The notes under the pieces: model-generated
Database searches by the model: none
Seen by the model: the letters and a program-made list of their open reading frames with translations, nothing else
Told to the model about the DNA's origin: nothing
Program-made: the position numbers and the translations under genes
In this document: positions 1 to 10,829 of the stretch, piece by piece
How positions within the stretch are numbered: the first letter of the stretch is position 1
Layout of the letters: the number at the start of each line of letters is the position of its first letter
Source: Microthyrium microscopicum
Lineage: Eukaryota
Direction of reading: 5' to 3'
Length of the DNA: 64,000 nt
Assembly: GCA_010405405.1 (NCBI GenBank)
Contig: MU004240.1
Location: 1,022,882-1,086,881, forward strand

Positions 1-919
1 ATCGGCGCCCAAGTCGATGTAACTGGTCTTTGCAAAGACGCCACCGACCTCGAAGGTCTTCGCCGTATAATCAGCAAGAAACAAAAGTCCACCAAAGACG
101 ATGCTGACGATGATACCGAGCCCATGACTATTATTCCCAGCCTCCCTAGCAGCGACGACGAATTCCAGGAACTCAGCGAAATGTTCAATGACGCAGAAAT
201 CGACATTGTCCGTAAACACGGCGGCCGCATGCATCCTCACACGATCGAAGATGAATACATCTCCCACCAATCGCTGACCAATCTCCCCATCCACACCCGT
301 GATTTCACACGCGACCCTTCACGCACTGTCATCGCTGCGGACGAGGACAATTCACCCTCCTTTTATCCGTCACCAACACGCGGCCGTCTCCTCAGTGTCT
401 ACCAAAACGTAAGTGGCCAAGTCCATATCTGAAAGTCCTCATTAACAATTCTAGTATCTGCTGTTGCGCCCAGCGCCCTCTCTCCGCATCCTCTTCGCGT
501 CCCCCGCCCTCCGAACCCCCGGCATGCTACAATCGCCCTTCCTCAGTCGTATCGGCGGCTCCGCCCGCGTCCGCGACGAACTCGCCGCCGCACTAACAGC
601 CGGCCGAGGCGTCACCGCCAAAGTCCGCTGGCTGCTATCAGGACGCGCAGCCCAAGACTCATCCCCCGGACGACCACGCTGGGTGCACTGCACGCCATTA
701 CTAGGCAAGGGCGGCGCAATTGGGGTGTGGATGGTGATCTTGGTCGACGAAGAGGAAGGAGCAGGAAGTAGTGAAAGACAGAGGGGTGGACGGTTCAAGC
801 TGGCGCCACCGGTTGGGGGTCGTATGGTTCGGCCGGAGAGCACGATGAGTCTGCGGTCAAGCAACCAAAATACGAGTAGGCGGTCGAGTATGGGGGGTAG
901 TTTGGTAATTGAGGAGTAG
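1..919 (+). CDS. 3' part of a fungal LOV/PAS-domain protein (RGS-LOV-DUF / phototropin-like family); 5' end lies outside the window
   Basis: Frame 1 opens IGAQVDVTGL (end of a LOV/PAC domain). Intron 409-454 (GTAAGT..TAG) joins YQN to YLLLRPAPSLRILFASPALR..RIGGS..GRGVTAKVRW..RWVHCTPLLG..IGVWMVILVD, the conserved C-terminal domain of fungal LOV proteins. Confidence 0.75.
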
Positions 920-1733
920 AGAGGCGCAGGAAAGGGTATTGCTGGATATGTGGGCTTATGATTTCATGGTTTGACGTGGGAATGATGCATTGGGACTTTT
1001 CTAATGGGTATATGGTTTAGCGCATCTATATTCCCCGGCCTATTGGCATTTGGCATGGTTGGTGTTTGGGCTGTGAGGCCCAACAAGGCATTATTGAGGA
1101 TTTAATGTATATGTACATGTAGGATATTATGGACACATACATTTGGTATAGACGTTCTTGTATGACTTAATAACAGAGTAATGCTTCACAGCAGGTTTAA
1201 ATCATATTTGGTGAACTAGATCTATGTGGTGACACTACCTACTTTTGTGCGATAACCAAGGAATTCTAATATGCTTTCATGTATGATCAAGACGCACAAA
1301 ATCGTCCTCACTTTCAGCTTGTTGTTTAGGATTAGTTGGCGTATAATGAAAACAGAATTACGTGTAGCTGTTACCATCAAATCCAAGCATTTCAGTCAAG
1401 GTGTTGCATTATCGTGGATGTTATATAGAACCCGCAGTTTCCATAATGCTGTTCTAGGAGATTCGAAACAGGGTGTAATTGGGTTTTCAACAATCTTATA
1501 GTCTAAAATGGTGGATCATGGCCGCCTACAAATGGAACTTGTAGAGATTTTCTAAGCAGTTCGTCTATCATATGTCGAAATTCTCGCGTGACCTGTATTG
1601 TCTTGACCTCTTCAATCGAGAAAGCCCTCAATCCTTTCCATCGTCAACATTCTCCACCTCTCCGAATATTGGATAGAAAAGCCTACAAGATATCACAAGA
1701 CCAACTGAAAATACAAAGACATCAAGGCAACCA

Positions 1734-2417
1734 ATGGCGCTTGCCAGCTTTCTCTTCATCTTCACGATGCTTGTCTCTTGTTGGATAACCCGCAGGTGCT
1801 TCAGACGACCAAATCCGCCTCCAACATCCCAGCACAGCAAAGACTACCTCCTTGCCATCAACATAGCTCCCAATGCACGCGAGTTTATCTTCTTGGTCCT
1901 ACAGATGGCTCATATTGCCCTGACGATTCAAGATCGAATAAGTCCCTCCTTGTTGTGCCCGAAGCCAGCCAACCTTAACGCCCAGTACTTCGCTTGGACG
2001 CCGTATACCTGCATTGCCTTGCTGGTGATACTTACTGCGGGCCCGTTTCGCATTTCAGCTTTTCGTCATCTTGGGACAGACTTCACATTTGAGCTGGCCA
2101 AGCCTAAGAGGCTCGTTACTTCAGGCATCTATCGATATGTTCAGCATCCATCGTACGTTGGAGACTACCTTGTGACCATGGCCAATTTTGCGCTTTTTGC
2201 GAACCCAGATGGGTGGATTGGTTGCTTTCTACCTGATTGGATTGTGGAGATGTGCGGAACATTGAAAAGTCCTGCATGGATAGCTTTGAATATGATATAT
2301 GTGGTGGCCATGGGTACTCGTGTTTTGCAAGAGGAGAAAATGCTTCACGATACGTTTGGGAGAGCATGGGAATCATGGCACAAGAAAACAGCTCGTTTCA
2401 TTCCTGGTATCATATAA
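1734..2417 (+). CDS. Isoprenylcysteine carboxyl methyltransferase (ICMT/PEMT)-family membrane protein
   Basis: Intronless, 227 aa, hydrophobic. Motifs LGTDFTFEL, LVTSGIYRYVQHPSYVG, RVLQEEKML..FG..W..W..KTARFIPG. Confidence 0.85.
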   Translation: MALASFLFIFTMLVSCWITRRCFRRPNPPPTSQHSKDYLLAINIAPNAREFIFLVLQMAHIALTIQDRISPSLLCPKPANLNAQYFAWTPYTCIALLVILTAGPFRISAFRHLGTDFTFELAKPKRLVTSGIYRYVQHPSYVGDYLVTMANFALFANPDGWIGCFLPDWIVEMCGTLKSPAWIALNMIYVVAMGTRVLQEEKMLHDTFGRAWESWHKKTARFIPGII

Positions 2418-2491
2418 AATCCACCAAAGTCGAAGAGTGCAATAATCATGCCATCGAATGCAGAAGTTCGTGGCCTATTTCTCCTTTGTTC

Positions 2492-5054
2492 CTATGGCAA
2501 AGCTGTTCGTTGCACTCCATTAGCAGCCCACGCATTCGAATCTGTGAGTTTATCTATCTGAACTTGCGGGGTGACCTTTGGCAAAGCAGCCTCAAAGTGT
2601 CGACGCATAACCACCTGCTGTTGGGTCTTATCCAGACGGCACTCCTCATAGCACGCAACGACAGCCAGATCGCAGAGCTGGGCCAGATCGGCTCCAGACC
2701 ATCCGTCAGTTTGCCTAGCAAAATTTTCGAGTACTACCGAGTCATCCAATGGAAGCTTTCTCGAATGGATTTTGAGGATTTCGACTCGAGCATCCTCATT
2801 TGGTCGTCCAACGTACACTAGTTTATCGAATCGACCAGGACGCAACAACGCTACGTCGATAAGTTCTGGTCTATTGGTAGCTGCAATAACAATGACGTTC
2901 GAAAACGTTTCCACTCCGTCCATCTCTGCTAGCAGCGCTGTCACTGGGCTGAGAGATGAGTGACCAGTATCCCTCTGGGCCATGGAGTCGAATTCGTCGA
3001 AGAAAATAGCTGCTGGAGCTGCTCTGCGAGCCTTCTGGAAAATTTGTCGAATGTTGTATTCAGTATCACCTACATACTTCGATATGAGTTCTGGACCTTT
3101 GACAGATAAGAAATTGAAGCCAGATTCAGTCGCAAAAGCTCTTGCCATGAGAGTTTTCGAGCAGCCAGGAGGTCCATGTAGCAAGATTCCTTTGCATGGG
3201 CGAATTGGAAGAACTTTGATCAATTCAGGATCCTGGGAATTGTAAGCAAAAGAAGTAGGTTCCTAGAATATCTACTTACTGGAATGATAGATGTCATCAT
3301 TCGACGGAAATCAGACTTTGCACCTTCAGAACCGCCAATATCAGACCAGTACACGTTGGGCACTTCTACTTGTACGCCATGCATTGCCGAAGGACGCACG
3401 TTTTGGAGCGCATGCTCAAAGTCCATCATGGTTATCCGCCCCAGTTTTTTGTCGGCAAGTAGTAATGCCATATTTTCCGGCTGCACTTTCACGTCTGGTT
3501 GAGAGGCCTTCAACTTCCCGCTGGAATATTCTAATGCTACTCGGCATAAACGCCTCAAATCTCTAGACACGTAGGCATGGGTCCGTTGCGCAACGTGCTT
3601 CAAGATATCTTCATCGCAGCTATTGCCCACGTGAACTTGAAGTAGTTGCAATCGTATGGTCGCGCTTGGAATGGATAATTCTATTTGTCGCTCGAAGTAG
3701 GACAACAAATCGGAATGTATGTCAAACATGTTGACTGTGGTTCCTACTACTTGTACGCGATGTTGCTCCAAGTTGGCTAGCTGTTCTCTGAGTATACTGA
3801 CTATATCTTCAGATTCTTCCTTTCCGACGAGCTGATGAAGATTGGGCATGATTATCAATGATGGCTGATGCTCTATGGCCTCAAGGAACAGTTTGGCGAT
3901 GCTGGATTCTGTTTTTGAAGAAACAGAGCTGACTTTTGCTTTGGAAATGGTAATGACTTTACGCCAGGACGCTGTTGATAGTTTCCTTAGCAAATTCGAC
4001 TTTCCAGTGCCGGATGGACCATGAATCAGAATTGGTGGTGAGAGATCCCCAAATGCCGATCCGCGATCTGGACGCATTCCTTCAGAAATCGCAGTCTTGA
4101 GATATTCCACAGTCTCATCGTGACCGATCAATCCGTCGAAGTTGAGTTTCAGATCAATGGCCCTGGGATTATCTGGGGATGTTTCCAGATTGGATTCGAC
4201 ATCATGTATGATGACTTGGCTGCTACAGTCAAAGAAGTAGGGAGTTTGAATTTCCTTGTCTTGATCTGCTGGTTCAATACTTTGCACTAGCAACCGCTGT
4301 TTTCTCATCTTCTTTGAAGCCACACGAGGAGTAACTTCGATCGTTCCGGTTGGATATATGCCTTCGACAACCTCTTCGAGCACATTTAGCCTTGCTTCTT
4401 CCAAAGGAAAATGGCGCGACCTACCTAGAGAATTTCTAGCAAACTGTATCAAGTTCGCAACTGGGATATGTGAATCAGGGCCAGTCACTTGGCTCAAGGT
4501 GATGGTTGATATTGCACGGGGGGTCCCATTCCATTTTTTTATGAAGCATTTATCTTTCAGCTCCAACGAATAGTAGGTTCTCAGCCAGTCCGATATCCTG
4601 AGACTCGGTGTTTTGCTTCCAGAACCGATATTGTCCGTTGATCTTTAGACCATATTAGCACAATCTCGCAACTCAAGCAGATAAAGCTGTGTTGCCCAGC
4701 GCAGTGCTTGTGGACCAATATGATCGATGCTAGCCAGCACACTCCATTGTAAGTATCACAGTACATAAACCAAAGCATTACATGTGAGCTTTCGCATCAT
4801 ATGGGCGCCAGCGCACTACTTGTGATCGAAAACTCAAGTAAAATGCAATCAGAGGAGGGCAATATTTACCTCCAAGCGATGGCTACACCAGCATTTTCCG
4901 AATGTTCACTCCGTATCGTGATGTAATCGCCTTGTATGAGCCCTTCTTGAGCCATGTCTGAAGGGGCAATGAAGACTCGTAGACCCCCTTCCAATGTAGA
5001 ATCGCCCGCAGGCGTTGCCTGGGGTCGCAAATTGTACCTGCGCTGAGCAGCCAT
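2492..5054 (-). CDS. AFG2: AFG2/Drg1/SPATA5-type double AAA+ ATPase (~762 aa)
   Basis: Exons 5054-4870, 4642-3280 and 3232-2492 splice in frame. D1 Walker A GPSGTGKS; linker VRPSAM..VEVPNVYWSDIGG; D2 GPPGCSKT, IFFDEFD, ATNRPE..D.ALLRPGRFD. GCSKT is typical of the AFG2 clade. Confidence 0.8.
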
Positions 5055-5852
5055 CGAAGAAGAATTTTTGCTTCACTTTGGCGAGCAGGGGCGATGGGAA
5101 TTTGAAAATGCGCTGGGAGGATGAAAGGGTGATGGTCAAGTTGAGGAAATTGGAAAAACAACGATTTTCAGATATTTGGCTGATTCCAGGACTGGTAGGA
5201 CTCGAAACTTCAAGGGAAGGTGCGCGTTGGAGCTAGAAATCGAGATCGATGTTTTCGATGATTCCAATGGTTTATGCGATGCAGCGATGTCGTATCGTTC
5301 TCATGATGACTTTGACGGAAGTTTGATGATTTGTTGCGGATATCGACCGCTTTGATGATGGTGAAGTTTTGCATTTCAAATTGTTGTGGTGGTTAAATTT
5401 TTCTCTCAACAATTCAGGCCCAAGATGAGGATACCAGGATCAAAATCTCCTTCTACAACTTATTTCCTAACAATTATACGATAATAAGCAGTCATAGAGT
5501 ATATTCAGCTGAACCGTTACTAGTAGTAAAATTTCAAATTAGTCGTCAAGAACTTATAGAGCATCTTTTTCATTCACTCCCAGACTCCACTCACACTTAT
5601 GTCGGTAAGGCTGGTGAATTTAGCATAGAGTACATCTCACTTTTTTCAAGGTATTTCAATATGTATTGTATTTTTGCGTGTTCTATGGGGAAAAGAGCAT
5701 TCGGCAAAACTACAGATTATGTGGGAAATAATTTCCTTCGTGTACTCCAGTCCACGACTTACTTTGACTCGTGGGGGTCGAAATGAACAACGCGTAGCAT
5801 CCAACACCAACTTTGCTACTAGTATCCACAACGACTAAAACTCCCAACAACA

Positions 5853-6298
5853 ATGTCCGTATCGCAGCTCGCATTTCCTCTCTCAGAACTATCCCAGACC
5901 AAAGTACATATTCATCTCACCCAGCACAGCCATGCGACCGTCCTATTCCTCACGACAACTGGTGAAGCAGGCTCCACAGCTTCATTAGGCAGCCTTGTTT
6001 ACGCCATTCCCATCGTATGTTTTCAAGCCTTTCAATTCCGGCTATTGTGGCTAAACAGATATAGCGAAATGACTCTTCTGCACTGCCTGTAAGCACGGCA
6101 TTATTTTCCCAGCTGGAAACCATTGATTTCGCGACACGACTGGCGAAGGTACTGGCAAAACGCTCTGGACTGCCAACATACGTTGGAAACTCGGTTTCTT
6201 TCGCGTCCATGTCAAGAGGGGGTGATTTTCAGGACGAAACCACGGCATTCGGTCAGATTGTTCAGGTGGTTCTTGAGCAGATTAAACCGGCAACGTGA
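5853..6298 (+). CDS. Proteasome assembly chaperone 4 (PAC4/Poc4)-like protein
   Basis: Intron 6015-6064 gives ..KVHIHLT..VLFLTT..LGSLVYAIP|..STALF..IDFATRLAKVLAKRSGLPTYVGNS.., ~130 aa. Confidence 0.7.
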
Positions 6299-6724
6299 TG
6301 AAGGGTCGAGTCCATGAAATCACCTGGCGCAAGAAGATTCATATCACATAGGCCATGTTGACATTTCATCGCTCATATCGGCATCGTGACTTCCCCGCTA
6401 CAGACCAGGCGATATTTGTGCCCAGCAGTTCCAATGCTCAGAGTGTTTGATAGCTGCCATAGAGAGGGCGACTAGTGTCCACACCTTGCCTTAAAGACGG
6501 CATTTCTTGGAAAGAAGAGACTTCATAGCATATCTATCGACTGCTACCCGGTTAACCCAAAGCTAACGGTTCCGGCATTAATGAATATGACAAACACTAC
6601 TATCCCAAAGAAATCCCATCATGCCATCGCACTGTGACATGTTTTCCATCGCGCCGTCAAACGCCAACGCCCATAACACAAGTGAAAGACAAGACGAAAG
6701 AATCAAAGCCGCCATCTCAACATC

Positions 6725-7397
6725 TCAAGTATCCGTGCTTCCCTCCTTGGCTTTGTTTTCCTTCAACTGCGCCTCCAGTTCAATAATCTTCTTCTTCAAC
6801 CGTTCATTCTCCATCTTCGCCTCCTCCATCTCCTGTCTTTGCAGCGCCAAGTCTTCTATCCGTGGCGTCGCCGGCACCGCACTCACCGACAACGACGTAC
6901 TTGCCGACCGCCCAGCATGTGGCATAAAAGTCGACGAAGCGTTCGACGTGCTCCTATTGCGTCGTGACCCTGATGGATGTGTCGGGCCAGTTGCTAGAGG
7001 GAGAGGCTGTATGTGGCTGCTTGCGTCTGCGGGGTCCAGAAGGAAGGGAGGCGCGTTGGAGGTTGAGGAAGTAGTACTTGCGACGGAAGCAGAGTGCGCG
7101 CGTAGAGCGGAGAGTTCGCGCGTGAGCCGGTTGACCTTTGGGATAATATGTTAGACATGGAGTTGGGAGAGGGGTGTGGATTGGGCTTACCATAGCTTCC
7201 TGCTCTTGCTCGAGCTCTGAGTGGAGTTCGGCGGCGGTGAGAGCACGCGGGAGACGGTGCGGCATGTTGTTCTCTGTTGGTGGGACACCGGGACTGATGG
7301 GTGGGAATGGTTGGTATGAGCTTCGGCGGCTCGAGGTGTGGGTGGTTGTTGCTGGTGGTGGCATGGAGCCAGGCTCAGGTGTGGGTTCGAGAGGCAT
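6725..7397 (-). CDS. Conserved fungal coiled-coil protein of unknown function
   Basis: Intron 7190-7136 joins ALTAAELHSELEQEQEAM|VNRLTRELSALR. C-terminal coiled coil EMEEAKMENERLKKKIIELE. Confidence 0.7.
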
Positions 7398-7795
7398 TTT
7401 GGTGTAGGCTGTGAAGCTCTGGTTGATTGCTTTGTGATTTGGATGAGGTTGTTGCGATCATGGCGGGTTTGGAGGGAGGTTGTTGGGAATGCGGGCTCAG
7501 ACAAGCCGTGAGAAACGAGGTGGAGTGATTGAATGCAGGAAGGAAGCACGGACAGGCCGTACTTTCAGCTTCTATGGTTTTTATGTGCTAAGGGAAAAAC
7601 ATATACAGATATTGGAGTCAAGACGCATTTATTTCATAAATACTCTTTTAGGCTAAACCTAAGTTTTTACATTGGGAAGGGGTTGATATCCCCTAAGCTC
7701 ATTCCATCATGTGAACCCCCAATGCCAGATGGACTTTTAAGGTCTATGTCGTTGATACTGCTACATGCAAAGAAAGACTACTCCTCCTGAACTCG

Positions 7796-9356
7796 CTAAT
7801 AAGTTCTAGCAAGATTACGCAGGTACCAATCCACCAGTCGCCGGCCCACTTTAGCTTCAGAAACATGGATAAGATCCTGAATAAGTTAGCATCGGTATTG
7901 TGGAGCATTGTAGCCTGAATATGGTATGAAGAATGAGACTTACCCCTTCTAAGGCATAGTCAAGATCACTACTATTGACTACTTCCCCATCGAGAAGACC
8001 ACGTTCCGTCCATCGTATTTGTCTACTTCGTTGTTTGTTGACAACCAACCAGTGTCTCAGCTGTTCTGGCTCCACATCCAAGAAACCGGCAAGCTTCTTC
8101 AGGTCCATGGTAGTATAGAGCTTGAGATAACTCTTAACAGTGGGGGACCACATGTTATTCTTGACCTCATCCATGAAGATGGCCAAATGATGCTCGACGG
8201 GGTCAAGGTTGAGTTCCGGATTGTCGAAATCTGGAGCAGTCGGCGATATGAACTTAGGGCACGCCTGTTTGAAGAGCTCCTTGAAGATTGGAAGTGAATC
8301 GGGTCCACCTCGTTGCATTCGATTGAACTGCTCTCCATACTTCTCACGAAGCGCGGTGTGAATGGTATCGTCAAGTCTAGTTGGCTGGAAAGCAACGCAG
8401 ATGGCGATGAGCGCATACATTTGATCATTCTTCTTCGCTATCGAGTCATATTGTGAGCTCTTTTGGAAGTTTTTCGTCCGTGAGACATAGATCAGGATAT
8501 GACTGAACATTCTAATGGCGTCCGAGTATCTTCGCATCATCATATATGAGAATCCGACATAATAATATGTCGTGAAATGAGCAGCCATGACACGGGCGAA
8601 CATGGCCTTTTTGTTCAACTCGATATCGTCCAAAGTCTTGAGGGCAAGGCTAAAGTCGCCCAACAGGCAGTGTACTCTAAGAAGACCAATAATTGAGAAG
8701 TAACCCAACATGCGATATAGCGGCCGACTGCCATATTCTCCAGCATATTTGACTGGATCCTCGTTGTGCTTCATGGCTTGAAGTTGTTCGCTGATTTGTG
8801 ACCGCTGAATGAGAGAGTATAGGACGTTTAGAACACTGTAACAACCCCAGACTTGTGGATTATCCTTGAGTAGCGAAATCTCCTCCTCGTTGTCATTCTT
8901 AAGGGCGACGCGTTGACGATAGCTACAAAAGCTGTTGAACTGGTAAATGAACTCGTCGATGACATCCCAGGCCCAGTAGTACTGGTCACAATTATTAGCG
9001 CAAGAATCCAAACAATGCAAACATCAACTCACAGATGGTGCCTCGATGTCCAGTGGTTGTGCAGAATTGAGAAGCTGGTGGAACATGCCACAGAAAGCAT
9101 CGTAGCTCGCGAATCTTGTCTCCAGTGTGGCTTGGAATTCTAGAGGCGCTGCAGCTGCAGCTAGTTGAGCGGATAAATCCTGTATGGCCTGTGGGCCTCC
9201 TGATGGAGCGCGATGAAGATCATTCTGATCGTCTTGTTCGTATTGTACGGCTTCGCGGTAGTCGTCGGCCAGAACGTCCTCATCCGCATCGGAATCTTCT
9301 GCAACCGCTCGAGCAGCGCCGTTCTGCTGATATCCGGGGATTGCTTGGAGACTCAT
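7796..9356 (-). CDS. EIF3L: Eukaryotic translation initiation factor 3 subunit L
   Basis: Exons 9356-9033, 8981-7944 and 7876-7796. Motifs WAWDVIDEFIYQF, LYRMLGYFSIIGLLRVHCLLGDF, SYLKLYTTMDLKKLAGFL; ends DLIHVSEAKVGRRLVDWYLRNLARTY. Confidence 0.95.
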
Positions 9357-9748
9357 TTTTGGGATATGCTAGCAGCTTTCTAATGGTGTATGGGTAGCGC
9401 AATCAAGCAGCCATCAGAGATTAAAGGCGACGGGAAATGTGGGTTGGTGTAGGAGTGGGTGGGATATATTTGGTGGTTTGCGAATTGCGATGAAGGCAGA
9501 GTGGGCCGAAAATGTGTGGGCAAGAGTCAATCTGGAGTGGGGCTCAAGATTGGCGCGGCCCATTTTAACAGTGCCGTGAGTAGGAACGCGGATTATTTGC
9601 AATGGACTACAACATCATAACGAGTTCCTGCAGACAATCCAACATGCAACTAATTCAACATCGGACCACTAAACACAGCTAGTTGATCGTCGACTATATT
9701 TCTACATCATCACGTCTGGTTCTTGAAACAAAACTCGGTCCTTCGAAG

Positions 9749-10716
9749 ATGGCATCCATACTCAAGGTGGCAGTGATTCAGCTCCATGCTGAACCAATGC
9801 AGATGGAGAAGAACTTCTCTCAGTCTGAATCGTACATCAGGTCGGCCGCTGCTCAGAATGCCGAGCTAGCTGTACTGCCGGAGTATCATCTCACAGGCTG
9901 GGTGCCAGATGATCCAGCTTACTTCAAGCTGGCCGATGAATGGGAGACTTATCTCAAAAAGTATCAAGACTTGGCGCGAGAGCTCAAAATCTGCATCGTC
10001 CCAGGTACTATGATTTCGCGAGTGCAGAACGACGATGGCTCTGATGTGCTGCTCAACATTGCATACTTCATCGGTAAGTCTGGCGAGGTCTTAGGCAGTT
10101 ATCGAAAGAAGAATCTATGGTAAGAATCAACAAGTCGTCAGAGCATACAAGGCTCTTACATAATCAGGCATCCGGAGAGAGATCATTTAGTACCAGGAAC
10201 GCAAGATCATGAAGCTTTTGACACGCCCTGGGGTAAAGTAGGTCTGTTGATATGCTGGGACCTTGCCTTTCCAGAAGCTTTTAGAGACCTCGTAACTCAA
10301 GGAGCCAAGCTCATTATCATTCCTACCTTCTGGGGCTTGCATGATTGCTCTGAGCAAGGTGCCGCCTACAATCCTAATGCTGAAGCCCTCTTCATCGAAT
10401 CTACTCTCGTAGCTAGAGCCTTTGAGAACACCTGTTGTGAGTGGTTATTTCCTACTTGAGATGCGCGACTAAACTTGTAGCCATCATTTTCGTCAATGCA
10501 GGTGCGCCAGCTGGTGACTCTATGATTGGGCTCAGTCAGGTTACAGTTCCATTCATTGGTCCTCTGGCCAAATTTGGTAGCTCGCTTCCGGGAATGATAC
10601 TGGTGGATCTGGACATGAATATCGCAGAGCATGCTGAGCAGCATTACAAAGTTCGTTCCGATCTGGCGAGAGTGGACTGGCACTATGGACCGAATCGACG
10701 ACCTACGTTGCCTTAG
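9749..10716 (+). CDS. Carbon-nitrogen hydrolase (nitrilase superfamily)
   Basis: Introns 10120-10167 and 10437-10480. E-K-C triad: VLPEY, YRKKNLW|HPE, LLICWDLAFPE; also ARAFEN. Confidence 0.9.
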
Positions 10717-10829
10717 AACACAGCAATCGCAAAGTCTTAATGGCTCGAATTTCCCTGATCTATTCTATGGTTTGTCTGCAGATCAAAGTAATCTATCTCT
10801 CAACCAGTATGCTGCTAGCTTGTTCAGTA

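Noticed and set aside
5385..5540. Near-matches to yeast PACE, RRPE and PAC elements in the AFG2/PAC4 divergent promoter
   Set aside because: All are short or imperfect, and these motifs are not reliably conserved in filamentous fungi.
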